In this document: piece by piece, positions 25,533-38,940 of the stretch
Position numbering within the stretch: position 1 is the stretch's first letter
Layout: each line of letters begins with the position of its first letter
Translations under genes and position numbers: made by a program
The notes under the pieces: model-generated
The model's database searches: none
What the model saw: only the letters and a program-made list of their open reading frames with translations
What the model was told of the DNA's origin: nothing
Assembly: GCA_964016885.1 (NCBI GenBank)
Contig: OZ024741.1
Coordinates: 147,312,001 to 147,376,000, forward strand
Length of the DNA stretch: 64,000 bases
Reading direction: 5' to 3'
Origin: Eledone cirrhosa
Taxonomy: Eukaryota

Positions 25533-26501
25533 CAGTGGTCGCCAACCTTTCTAAAACCGAGGAACCCTCTAAATATTTTGAATTATTCACGGAACCTATA
25601 CAATACAAAACTTTTCAAAAAAAAATAATAAAGTATTTATTTATTTTAGTGAACTTACGTTGTGAGAACAGCGAACTAACCCAGTCTCTCGGCTGAGAGA
25701 CCTCGCTGAACTGAAGTTTTCAGTTTAAAGTTATGCTGTCACCGACCAACATTTACTTGTTTGTGATTGGTCAATTTCTCAGTTCAATTAGTGTATTATC
25801 AGTAGTAGTCAAATTCTCGGAATTCAGAAAACTATGTCTTTCCAAGAATAATAATAATGAAATTATTGTGTAAAGTGCTCAGGTGCACTACAACTCGTCA
25901 AAGGTGTATGTATAGTACATAAAATAATACACAAATGTCAGGGAAGTGAATAGTGTATGAGTCATGGTATACATGTGTGTATGTGTATGGAGGGGGAACA
26001 TTAGGTGTAGTATTGGCGGATCTCGGGAAGCATGGAGGCCTTAAAAGATGCAGTGTCTCGACAGCTAACAACCGATGCAGGCAGTTTGTTCCATGCTTCA
26101 GCAACTCTGATCGAGAAAAAATGTTTCCGAAAGTCATGGGAACTGTGCTATTTTCTGACTTTGTGGGCATGCCCACGTGTGTTAGACAGATGGAAATTAA
26201 AAAATTGATGTGAATTGATGTGAAATTGAAAGTATTCAATTTCCACGAATCTCAGAACAGTGTTTTTCTGCTAATTCAAGTGAGAAACTGAAAGTAATGT
26301 TTTCCACGAATTGGAGTGGAGAACCTGTGTACACTACAACAGTACTCGTTCATTTATACATTGCACCGTTGTCATTTTCTTTGCACCTTTTTCAGAAAAC
26401 CCAAAATATTAATGGTAATGTAAATATTTATTTTTTTAAGGAACCCGGAGTTTGTTTTACGGAACCCCAAGGTTCCGCGGAACCCATGTTGGCGACCACT
26501 G
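25533..26501. mobile_element. hAT (Charlie-like) MITE
   Basis: TIRs cagtggtcgccaac / gttggcgaccactg; imperfect 8-bp TSD ccttagtg / ccttaggc; subterminal ggaacc motifs. Confidence 0.85.
25847..26240 (-). mobile_element. 3' end of a CR1/L2-group LINE nested in the hAT MITE
   Basis: Minus frame reads NTRGHAHKVRKxHSSHDFRKHFFSIRVAEAWNKLPASVVSCRDTASFKAS (x = stop), followed by a 3' UTR and (TTA)n tail. Confidence 0.85.
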
Positions 26502-28119
26502 CCTTAGGCTATTAGATGTTTTAGGCTGCTGGATACAGGCTGTTATAGATTGCTAAATGGCCTAAATTGCTAGATATCCTAGCGCACTCGGTGTCTTAGG
26601 TTGTTTTATATCCTAGGTCGTTAGATATCCTGTGCTGTGGATGTCCAAGTCTGCTTAATGTCATAGAATGTCCTAAACAGCTCAATGTCCTAAATAGCTA
26701 GATGTTCTAGACTGCTAGTTGTCCTAGGTTGCTAGATTCTTAGACAGATAGATGTCCTAGATTGCACAACGTCCTATGCTGCTGGATGTCATAGGCTGCT
26801 AAATGTCCAAGACAGCTAGATGGCCTAGGGTGCTAGATATCCTAGACATCTAAGGCTGTTAGATGCCTTAGGCTGCTATATATCCGAGAATATTAGATGT
26901 ATTCTATCTAGGGCCAGTATAATCTACAATAGCTTTGTATCGATCTAAGCTTTGTAAGTGAAACTGAGTAGACGAAAACTAAAAGACTCTCGGATTTACT
27001 GTAACTGTTATTCAAAGGGTCAACCAAGTCACACAGCGTCACGCTTGATCTCGCTGAGAATTGTGTTTAGCGTAAATATGTCTGTGGAACATTCAGTCAC
27101 TTGCATGTTAATCTCACGAGTAGAGTGTTCCCTGGATCAAACAACTGGAACACTCATCGTTGGAACCGACGGAGGTCGAACATACACACACACAGACACA
27201 CGTACGCACGCGCACGCACACACACACATACACATACACACACACACATTCACACACACCAGAACGCATATGGCTAAATATTAATGAAATTTAATCAGAG
27301 AAATAAGCTCATTGACTTTTTTGAAGTTTTTATAAATGTAGATTTTAATCCCACTTATCTATGTAGGAAGTATGTTTTTATATATAAAATGTATAGGAAG
27401 TATTATCTTACCCACATAAAATATTCGTATGTTATGAATAAATAGATTTCAATTTCTCTATATTAAATATATATATACGATATCCTGTAATCTTTGTCTT
27501 TATATTATATAATAATTGTACGTTTCCGATGATGTCAGCAACATAAAAGCAACATACACCAACTTTTTATTTGATGTGGTATTACTATTCGAATCTGTTC
27601 AGTAACTTTAAAATTCCCAAATGTTAAACATCTATCGTTATACAATTTTATCTAACGTATTACAATATACAGGGGGAACGTAGGATAGAATGCTTTACGG
27701 TATGTGTTTCAGCTTTCTATTCTCTACGTGCAAATTCCGCTGAAGTAAACTTTTTCTTTCATCTTTTCGAGGTCGATAAAAAAAGTAAAGCTTACATCAG
27801 ATTATGTTGGATTACTAGGATCACACAATAACGAAAAAGGTAATCTTCGATTTCACGAACCAGTTTCGAATACTATGAGGAATCATTTCTTTTATATATT
27901 TTGTTTCTTTTCCATGAGTGTTAGAATTCAAAACAATAAAAGTGCTCATTGCTACAAGCATTTCGTGTTATCTTTGTTAGTTCCCTGCAAATTCTGGATG
28001 ATTTTCAAAATTATTTGAAAATCATAGGCAGTGTCTTTCATTAGAAATATAGTAATGAAAAGATGCCTGAAATTACAGGTAACTGTACAGCTTTGTTTGG
28101 GCCGCATTATTTATAAAGC

Positions 28120-28512
28120 TGGGTGGATTGGCAGTATCGGTAGAGGGTTTGACGCCATGCTTTCCAGCATAGTTACGTCCCTTTACGATCTGAGTTCAAA
28201 TCCCGCCGAGGTTGACTTTGCCTTTCATCCTTACGGGGTCGATAAAATAAAGTACTAGTAATGCACTGGATAATTGCTGGCCTTGTGCCTAAAGTAGAAA
28301 CAATTATTTATAAAGCTGTCTGGCGGTGGGTTGGCAGTATCAGTAGAGGGTCGGACGCCATGCTTTGCAACATAGATTTACGCCCCTTTATGATCTGAGT
28401 TCAAATCCCGCCGAGGTTAGCTTTGCCTTTCATCCTTACGGGGTCGATAAAATAAAGTACCAGTAATGTACTGGTAATTACTGGCCTTGTGCCAAAAGTA
28501 AAAACAATTATT
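28120..28512 (+). mobile_element. Tandem pair of SINE A copies
   Basis: Two copies; attatttatAaagctg-like sequence repeats before, between and after them. Confidence 0.9.
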
Positions 28513-28573
28513 TAAAAAGCTGTCTAGGCTGAGCCCTGTGAATCCCGCTGGGATGGGAGGCGCGTTATTATGT

Positions 28574-28630
<57 letters not shown>

Positions 28631-29599
28631 TGTCTGTGTGTCTGTGTGTGTGTCTGTGTTTTCTGTAGTGAACTGAAAGATTAAAGTGTTAAAGTGTGCT
28701 CGAAATACCTAAAAACTTGGGCGTCTGCCATGGGTAAGATACGATCCAGATGGCAGCTCTAGTAGGATAAAAGATTAAATGTGAGAGGGGCTTGAAATAC
28801 CTGAAAACCTAGGAGCTTGGCCTAGAACTCTGTACTAAAGTACCTCGCAATATCTATCACAAAACATTGAACACGGCACGATTTCATCCAGTTGTCACAT
28901 GAAGATAAAAGCACAAAGATATATAAGTACAAAATTAATGAATCCCACTTCATATTAAGCTCATGTGAGTTCCATTCATTTCTTGTCATCTTAATCCAAA
29001 AGATATGACTTACTTTCTTATCTCTGATTCTCTTGTATTCATATATCGCATTTTCTGGCGCATCCTACAAAACTGTAGGATGATCATGATGACGCATGCA
29101 TATAATATATCCATCTGTAACTGATAACTTCTCCGCAAATCCTTTCTTTAATTATTTTCTTTTTGTTTTGTTTTTTTGTTTGTTTTTTTTTGTTTTTTTT
29201 TTATTGATTTTTCACTCTGTCGATTTTTTTTTTTTTTTTTTTTTTTGGCAATTAGATTGCAAACGCACACAAAAATATATTAAGTCTGCAACTCATAAAA
29301 CCTTGCTAGATATTGTATAATAATTTTTTTTTTTTTCATATCTTCTACATTTGAAAGTTTTATGTGAAATTGTTTCTAATCCTTCTGTGTCCCACGATCT
29401 TCAACGTAAACACATAAATTGCAAGTTGGAAATCTTTCAACGGAAATAAATAAATATAAATAAATAATTTGATAGCCAATAAATCCAGCTTCACTCATCT
29501 CTTTTAATGTTTCTTTGTATGTGGGTAAATCGGAGCGTGTGTATACGTAAAGATTTAAGAACCTATCAACTCTTTGCTATTTGTGTGTGTGAGAGAGAG

Positions 29600-29678
<79 letters not shown>

Positions 29679-30065
29679 TTTGATTCCTGTCACATTTTTA
29701 CTGTCATATTTCGCATGTATAAATGGATCATTAACGTTTACGTTTTATCATAAAAAAATTATAACCGTTTATATCATATATATGTGTTGGACATCCGTCA
29801 GTTCCGACGATAAGTGTTCGAGTTGATCGATCAACGGAATAACCTACTCGTAAAATTAACAAGCAAGTGGCTGAACATTCCATAGACTCATGCGACATTA
29901 AGTCATGGAGCGATTCAACGTGACAGAGTGTGTGACAAATTCAACCTTTGAATTACATGCTCAATTCATTGTGGCAGCCGAGTTGACTGAAGCAACGTGA
30001 AATAAAGTGTCTTAAGAACACAGCGCGTCAGTCGCACTCGGTAACCAGCTTAACATATACATACA

Positions 30066-30120
<55 letters not shown>

Positions 30121-30124
<4 letters not shown>

Positions 30125-30200
30125 CTGCGATAAAAAGGAACAGAGACCGCTGGAGAGAACTCGTCCATGGATCTCGGGAATTTTACCCGCCTTAGATGTA
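30121..30200 (+). mobile_element. Very short RTE-type 3' fragment
   Basis: Reads ..KRNRDRWRELVHGSREFYPP*; DRxxWR-like C-terminal motif, between (TA)n tracts. Confidence 0.35.
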
Positions 30201-30201
30201 G

Positions 30202-30248
<47 letters not shown>

Positions 30249-30257
30249 TGTGTGTAT

Positions 30258-31040
<783 letters not shown>

Positions 31041-31076
31041 GTATGTATAATACATATATACATATGTATATATATA

Positions 31077-31173
<97 letters not shown>

Positions 31174-31216
31174 ATATATATACATATGTATGTATATATA
31201 TATATGTATGTATAAA

Positions 31217-31272
<56 letters not shown>

Positions 31273-31443
31273 AATGTATATATAGTGTATATTGCAAGAC
31301 ACTGTATGCTTTATTAAAAGCATTTTGAAGACCATACGCTATTGTTTTAAAGTAGCGACATTGCTTACTTAAAGTAACGACATTGCTTACTTAAATACAC
31401 TATATATACATTCATATATATATCGCTATTTCAGAGCACCAAA

Positions 31444-31503
<60 letters not shown>

Positions 31504-31879
31504 ATTATAATAAATGTGAAGACTAAAATCCGAAGAGAGCTCGATAAGGATAATTTTAAAAAACCATAGAGCAAATATTTATTAAAATAACAGATTAAAG
31601 TTTAAGCAAAGAATCGCTGCTTTCACCCCTAACGGGATCTTTTGAAACTAAAAAAGATTAATCTGTGGACGCAGAAGTAAATATTTCGAAAAACGTTGCA
31701 ACCGGAGAAAAACAAGAAGACGATACTGGCAATGCACGGAAAAAAAGCGAAGATAATACGTCGTTATATGGACCGCACAGAACAATTTCACGCAAAGACA
31801 AAAAAACCAAAACCACGTTTATGTTATGAATGGAATCATTAGACTAATATTCTATTTAGGAAACCGAATGATTCTCAGC

Positions 31880-32092
31880 TCCGGAGTTAAGAATAATTGT
31901 TTCTACTTTTGGCACAAAGCCAGCAATTACCCAGTGTATTACTGGTACTTTATTTTATCGACCCCGTAAGGATGAAAGGCAAAGTTAACCTCGGCGGGAT
32001 TTGAACTCATAATGGAAAAGGCCGTAACTCTTTGCGTCAAAGCATGGCGTCCGACCCTCTACCGATACTGCCAATCCGGAGTTAAGAATAAT
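31880..32092 (-). mobile_element. SINE A with an 18-bp target-site duplication, inside an inverted-repeat element (31578-31650 / 32115-32186)
   Basis: tccggagttaagaataat at 31880-31897 and 32075-32092. Confidence 0.9.
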
Positions 32093-32177
32093 GTAAACAA
32101 ATTTGTTGAACGAAAATTTTCAGAAGATGCCGTTAAGGGTGAAAGCAGCGATTCTTTGGTTAAACTTTAATATGTTA

Positions 32178-32239
<62 letters not shown>

Positions 32240-32248
32240 TATATATAT

Positions 32249-32817
32249 AAATTTAGTCCTTCATCAGTGATCTTCCAGCCTTCATTGATATTTCATCGCT
32301 TTAAAGACCATATACCTCTGGTTGGTGCGAGCAACGGCTAAAGAAAGTCGTTGGGACACGTAAATAGGGAGAACGAGCGAGACAGTAAACAAACAAAAAT
32401 GGTAATACAACGAAAAGTGAGGAAGACGGAGTCAAGTCCCTGAAATCGATGAACATAAGTTCTGTGAAATCGTGGACATGAGCGAATAAAGACCATCCGA
32501 CCTGGTCGAAGTGTGAGTGAGGAAAGAATCTCGCACAGGTCAAACGGGAGGAAGTAGGGGAGGGAGTAGCAGATAGGGAGTGAGTGAAAGTGTGAGGAAG
32601 AGGCTAACAGAGAGAGTGACTGGTAGAGGGGGTAAAAGGAAGTGAGAGATACAGAGAAAAGGGGAATCAGTAAGAAAGAAACAGACGGGTCACAGCGGAG
32701 GAAAATATATATGAAAAATATGAAAACATGGCGTGCTGCGTGGCTGCAAATGGGTTACATGTGAATAAATTTAGTCCTTCATCAGTGATCTTCCAGCCTT
32801 CATTGGTATTTCATCGA
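32249..32817 (-). mobile_element. Non-coding unit with 518-bp period and terminal redundancy; homolog of 19606-20210 in a different permutation
   Basis: aaatttagtccttcatcagtgatcttccagccttcattgRtatttcatcg occurs twice (tcatcag at 32261 and 32779). Confidence 0.7.
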
Positions 32818-32851
32818 TATGTATGTATGTATGTATATATATATATATATA

Positions 32852-33765
32852 TACTATAAAGTATGTCCAAAGAATCATTTGATAATATATATACACCATT
32901 TCCTAATGATAATATATATACAACATTTTTATGTGGTTGATTATGCTAATTGAGAGAGGAAATGGTGTATATATATTATCAAATGATTCTTTGGACATAC
33001 TTTATAGTATATTGCTCTGATAATTTAATTTATTAATTCATCATTGAGCCACATCGTGAATGGTTGCGAAAACATATATATCTGACTTTGTTTAGTTTGT
33101 GTATATGTAATCTTTATATTTAATAATCTCCCATTAGGTTGAGATGCAATTTGGGCAATATTGGGCTGCGCTTTCTAGCAACCAGCCCACTCGCTGTAAG
33201 CAACCACTCACATTCTTTCTGACTTGACCACTGCCACGTCACGATTCTTAGCCATTTTGAATTTGTTTCTGGCGGGGATCACTTTAGAAAATTACTTGTC
33301 CTATGAGTTTGTTTCCTGACGAGTTCGAAGCTCGAGATTTTATCCTTAATAGGATATCTCAAAATGCGAACGAAACCCGAGGGTAGAGACATAATCTTCT
33401 AACTTTAATTTGATACCTAATTGTGTATGGTTGACGGTATATTTAGTCGATTTCCAAGTGCTGTGAAATGTTGGGTAAATATTCTATGGCGGTCGGCCGC
33501 GAAGAGATTGCTATCGTTTATTTATCTAATATTTCTTCATAGGTGCCTTTTAATCTTATAGCCTGGTCTAATTGATTTTTTATGTGGTTGATTATGCTAA
33601 TTGGGAGAGGAAATAGTGTATATATATTATCAAATGATTCTTTGGACATACTTTATAGTATATTGCTCTGATTATTTAATTTATTAATTCATCATTGAGC
33701 CACATCGCGAATGGTTGCAAAAACATATATATCTGTGACTTTGTTTAGTTTGTGTATATGCAAAT

Positions 33766-33772
<7 letters not shown>
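32852..33772 (+). mobile_element. Retrozyme-like non-autonomous element: 651-bp period, ~190-bp direct repeats, 5' inverted piece, internal HHR
   Basis: 32927-33119 is repeated at 33578-33772; 32852-32904 is the reverse complement of 32957-33009; (TA)n on both flanks; no ORF. Confidence 0.8.
33310..33391 (+). ncRNA. Intact type I hammerhead ribozyme with extended stem II
   Basis: Stem I UGUUUC/GAGACA, CUGACGA 33316-33322, stem II GUUCG/CGAAC enclosing a GAGAU..AUCCU-UAAU-AGGAU-AUCUC hairpin, GAAA 33372-33375, stem III ACC(CGAG)GGU, predicted cut after GUA 33385. Confidence 0.9.
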
Positions 33773-33818
<46 letters not shown>

Positions 33819-33923
33819 CGCCGTTAACCATTCCACTTCCTCGTCGCCATTTTCTCACCAAGCGTCAAGTTAATAACACTATGTACCATTGACTCCTGCG
33901 TTTGTTTGTTTGACATTTTAAAC

Positions 33924-33988
<65 letters not shown>

Positions 33989-34491
33989 TTGATAAGAACA
34001 AACAAAGCGCAGGAGGCAATTGTACACAGTTGTAAAGGTTCACGCTTGGTGGATATAAAGTAATAAGACACACAGAGATGCTTAAATACATAAATATATT
34101 TGTGTAATGTCCTGCCTTGACCAGTTTTGCTCAATGACCCGAACGCGTTAAAATAATAATAAGAATTAAAATAATCATTTAATCAGAGCTATTTATCAAA
34201 TTTGTAGAGTTAATTAGGCGGGTGCTGGCACTCGCTCAACGTCCGGCCTTTGCCTCCCTTCTGTGATCTATACCACCTAACGATTTCTCCTTCCAGAGAA
34301 ATATTCACTTCGTAACAGTCAGGTCAGCAAACACTACACAAAATGAGGGTTCTCCTTGAAGATTCGACGGTCTCACAGCGTTGGTGCACTTCTCTGGTAC
34401 ACCAGCCCTGCAAACCTTTCGATGAAACTCCAGTAGGAATTTTGAAAAAAAAAATAGGTAATTCTTTATCTATTCTTACCTCGCACTTATA

Positions 34492-34567
<76 letters not shown>

Positions 34568-35488
34568 TCCAACACTACTAATGCATTGGAACCCGCTCGC
34601 CAGCTGAGAACAAAATACCTATTGACGAAATTGCAGCCTTGTTCGATCGGTATACCACAAGCTTACAATGAAAGCAGACAGTATAATTGATTTAGGTGTC
34701 ACAGAAACCTCCCACTGGATTATACCATCAATTTCCAGGAGGTCCAGGTAAATACTTTTGTTAATCTGTTTAGCTTGCTTCGTTATTTTGGCTCCGGTGG
34801 CTGATAGCTTCAGTTTGTCTAGCCTCTATAACGTATGTTAATTGCTCTGGGCTTCTTTTAGTCCATTGAGCGCTTGCCGCATATCTCGAAAATTGCGTTT
34901 CGCTTTGTTTTTGACCACAGCCGAAATACGATCTCACTGAAATTATATTTGTATATATATATATATATATATAAAGAGAGAGAGGGGGAGAAACGGGGGG
35001 AGGGAAAGATAGAGAGGAAAAGAAGGACGTGTTATATGTAAAAACACACAGAACTGAATGGGAACTTAATACATAGGAGCAGCGTATAGAATTTTTTCCA
35101 CAGAAAATGGTAGTTATCACAAAACATCATTTAAAGAATAGGCTTTTTAACTCTTCAATGATTAGTTGATGCTGCACAGTGTTTAAAAACTACAATGATT
35201 TTAGAAGCCGCACAGCCCGTTAAAATTTATCAATGCAATAATTCTATAGACTGAGTTATGATTATGATTAAAAAAAGAGCGGTCTTTCCGTAGTTTTCTT
35301 TATAATATCATATTCTCCAACTGATAAAGTGTTCCTGCTACATTTTCTCTATGGGAAGATACATTATGTATTCTTTCTTGGCTAAATAAATCAAATAAGT
35401 TTGTTTTGTTTATGTGACATGAGCTTACTATGAAGTCGTTATTCTCACTTTCAAGTGATATGTCCCACTTTGAAATCGTTATACTCAC

Positions 35489-35534
35489 TTAGAACTACAA
35501 ATGCTGTAGTCGTGTTGATTTGTTTATCTGGCCG
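35489..35534 (-). other. Candidate 46-nt exon of an unidentified minus-strand transcript
   Basis: Acceptor ttacaatttcttttatcag and donor gtgagt; a second strong acceptor (ttctttctctccacag) at ~35675. Confidence 0.25.
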
Positions 35535-36346
35535 CTGATAAAAGAAATTGTAATTTAAACATAATAGTTCGTAAAAACATAATAAATTACAGTGATGTAG
35601 TAAAGTAATAAATTACAGTGAGTTGGTTTACTGAGTAGAGAAAAGGTTTAACTTTTTTCTGACACGTGTCTCTTCTGTGGAGAGAAAGAATAGAGAAGCT
35701 AAATACGGCGATTGCAATTACGACCAAGCGGTGTGTATAATTAATATATGCATAAACACATACATGATTATAATACACCGTAAACAAACAAATGGCATAA
35801 GCCAATCAAAACAATAAATATGAAAAGACTAAAGGGCAGTTTTTTTTTTATTTCACCAGCGAGGCTGTTTACCAAAAATAACATGTCTGTACATGTTATC
35901 TTACATTTCAAATTATCTTAAACTGCTGTGTAGTGCTTTATCGATTAATTAATTCACATTGTCAGTGCTCGCACTGTCATAGAATTGATGATATGACCTT
36001 CGTGTAGACTAACTTCTTATTGAATCCTCCTCTAGATAGCACTTCGCTGTAATATAATGTGGACTAGTGGAAGATGTTCCTATCCAAACACAACTAGACA
36101 TACTATTCCCTACACTACTACAACCAGCACCACTATCACTAGTGATTATTCTTCGACCAACACTATAGTGGCAAATTGCCAAAGTCGTTACAATGTCGGA
36201 TTGAACGTTTTGCGATATTTCCTGCGATCCCCTGCGCCCTGAATTCAAATCACCAGTACTAGAGTTGATTCTTTTTTAGATCTTTTTCACTTCCTCTTTC
36301 ATTCTCTGGAAGAAATCAACAGACATAGAGAGGGATGGATTCTGAC

Positions 36347-36516
36347 CAGTGCCGGATTTACCATTGTGCTTAGGTGTGCTGAAGCACAGGGTCCGTTGGC
36401 CAGGGGAGGAGGCACATCTTCCTGCCCAAAAAATGTTTTACCTCCTTCAGAGCCCAAGTAAAGGGCCTCTTAACTTAACTTAGCACTGGACCTCATTTGT
36501 CCTAAATCCAGCACTG
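36347..36516. mobile_element. 170-bp hAT-like MITE
   Basis: TIRs cagtgccggattta / taaatccagcactg; degraded 8-bp TSD attctgac / gccctgac. Confidence 0.7.
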
Positions 36517-36744
36517 GCCCTGACAAGTTAAAATACCGAGAAAAAGCTGTATATCACGACGGCACTCCTGCGATTAGTAGTTAGGGGTCCATACATACAA
36601 CACTATAGTATCTTCTATCAACATTTCAACGACAGCTCATGCATCCCAAACAATCGCTACTACTTATGCAATCATTATTACTACAACAATTGCTGGCCTT
36701 GTGCCAAAAAGTAGAAACAATTATTACTACAACAATTTCAACCA

Positions 36745-37048
36745 AGGCTCAACCACCACCACAACATATTTTCATACACAGCTTAGTTTAGCAGAAACAT
36801 TGCAACGACAGCAACTAAATCTATCATAACAACCCCTGCCACTATAATTATACGACCACCAACACCACTATTACCACCATCATTGACACCAACACCACTA
36901 CCGCTATCAGCATTAACGCCAACATCACTACCACCACCAACAATAACACCACCATTACCACCACAAGCATTCGCACCAACACTACTAACATCCCTACTAC
37001 TACCACCACTACCAACACCACCACCACAGCCACCACCATTACCAAACA
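36745..37048. repeat. Degenerate (ACC/ACT/AAC)n trinucleotide tract
   Basis: Explains the poly-Pro, poly-Val and poly-Gly ORFs. Confidence 0.85.
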
Positions 37049-38896
37049 TGCCTCTATTGTGTATTAGGTTTCACTTCTTAAAGACGATATCAATATTACC
37101 ACACAAACACCACTCCAGTCCAGTCGTTGTTTTGCCTCAAGATAGGAATTTGTTATGAACGTGTCCATCCAAATAATATTGCTTATTACGATTGCAATCA
37201 CACGTCACCTGTTTCCTTCTCATTCTATTTCTTCATCCGACCTCAACTCTGTTCTTCTTCTTCCTATCTTTCCTTCCTGGATATTGTTACTGAAGTTGCT
37301 CTGTGTTGTTGTTATGACCATTGTAGATGGCTGTGTTGATTATGTGTCAGACTATCAGTAGACAAGATCAGAGGTTGGTTTCCCCGACTCTGTTACTACA
37401 CTGTGTAGACAGATAACGCACGTTAGCTCAGGCCACATAACCTATACTAGATACCATGGGACGGTACGTACAGCTCAACAATGACAGTAGTGAAAGAATT
37501 ATAAGTTATATAAGGGTGGTGAATTGGCAGAGCATCTGACAAAATACTTTTCAGTATTTACCCAGGACCCTTTTACCTTCAAATCTTGCCGAGGTTAGCT
37601 TTGCCTTTCATACTTCCGAGGTCGATAAAATAAAGTACCGGTCAAGTACTTTCTCCTCTCCTAAAAGCTATGAACTTGTGCCTAAATTTGAAATAATTAT
37701 AAGTCATGTGTTTATTAGCCACCTCCTGTTATATAGTCTAAAGTAGGCAAAATCATTCAGTTCCAAAATCTGACATCTACCACTATCTCAGGTAGCCTTT
37801 ACATTCAATCCACTGTTTTATTTCTCATTACAGGTAATGGACTTGACCGCCGTCTGTTTCGACGGTCTGTGTTCCAGTTCTTCGATCAACGAAACACCTT
37901 GTTCGTAAAATTAAGGGTGAAAAGGGTTGACTTCTCAAATGAATATTATTTGTCTCTGTAGGAAGTGTTCAAATATGATACACTGGGCAAAATCTTTATT
38001 TGTGAAAACACAAGAGTTGATTATCATACTCAGATATATATTTTTACAGGGTAGTCATTCGACTGCAGTCCAGCTGGTGCATCACCTTGAAAGGATTTAG
38101 TCGATCATATCATCACTAGTACTATTTTTTAAAGCCTGCTATTTATTTTATCGAACACTTTTCAGCGAACCACTAAGGTACGGGACATGAATAAACAGAA
38201 GACATAAGCGCGCGCACACACACACATACATACGTACATACATACATACATACATACATACATACATACATACATACATACATACATACATACATACATA
38301 CATACATGATGATGGCTTCCCCCTCGTTATGGAGTATGGCCATTGCACGATATACCATTATTAATAATTATTAATTAATTCTATCGTGCAATGCCTGTGA
38401 GTGAAGATATTTTTTAAACTGAGGAAAGACTGTGCACTGAGCCAATCCCACTCTCTGAGCGACAGTAGCTATAACCCGAAAAGAAGAAAAGATCAACATC
38501 ATCGGTAACTACATACATACATACATGATGGCTGCCAACTCGTTTTCGAGTACGGCCACTACTTTATATCCATGTAGGAGAACCCCTACCGATGCGCTGA
38601 ACGAATGTCACTTTTTAGTCCAGCCAGCGACTTGAAAACTCTGGTACAAACACTACACTTGTGACAATTATTGACACATAGTGCTGGGCCCATGGTACCA
38701 TGTGACGACAAGTGCAGAGAGATCTCCAGATATAAAGCAATGCCTGTGCCGTGAAGCTTTTATAGTGAGCAAAAGCACTACACAAAGCCAGTCCCACTCT
38801 CTGAACCAAGATGATATTTACCAAAAAGAAGAACAAGTCAACATTGGATACCATACATACATACATACATACATACATGGATGAATGTGTGGTTAA

Positions 38897-38940
<44 letters not shown>

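Larger units (their letters stand above)
25425..26910. repeat. Degenerate 17-bp satellite (ctagatgtcctaggctg) split by a hAT MITE
   Basis: Units visible at 25425-25530 and 26502-26910. Confidence 0.8.

Noticed and set aside
32116-32155. Hammerhead in the 31578/32186 inverted repeat (cagaaga-t-gcc..ggt-gaaagcagcga)
   Set aside because: Core and cleavage triplet are mutated in both arms and there is no stem I; at most a relic, so it was not counted.
36783-37158. Gly-rich or Pro-rich structural protein ORFs
   Set aside because: Degenerate trinucleotide microsatellite open in several frames, with no splice or domain support.
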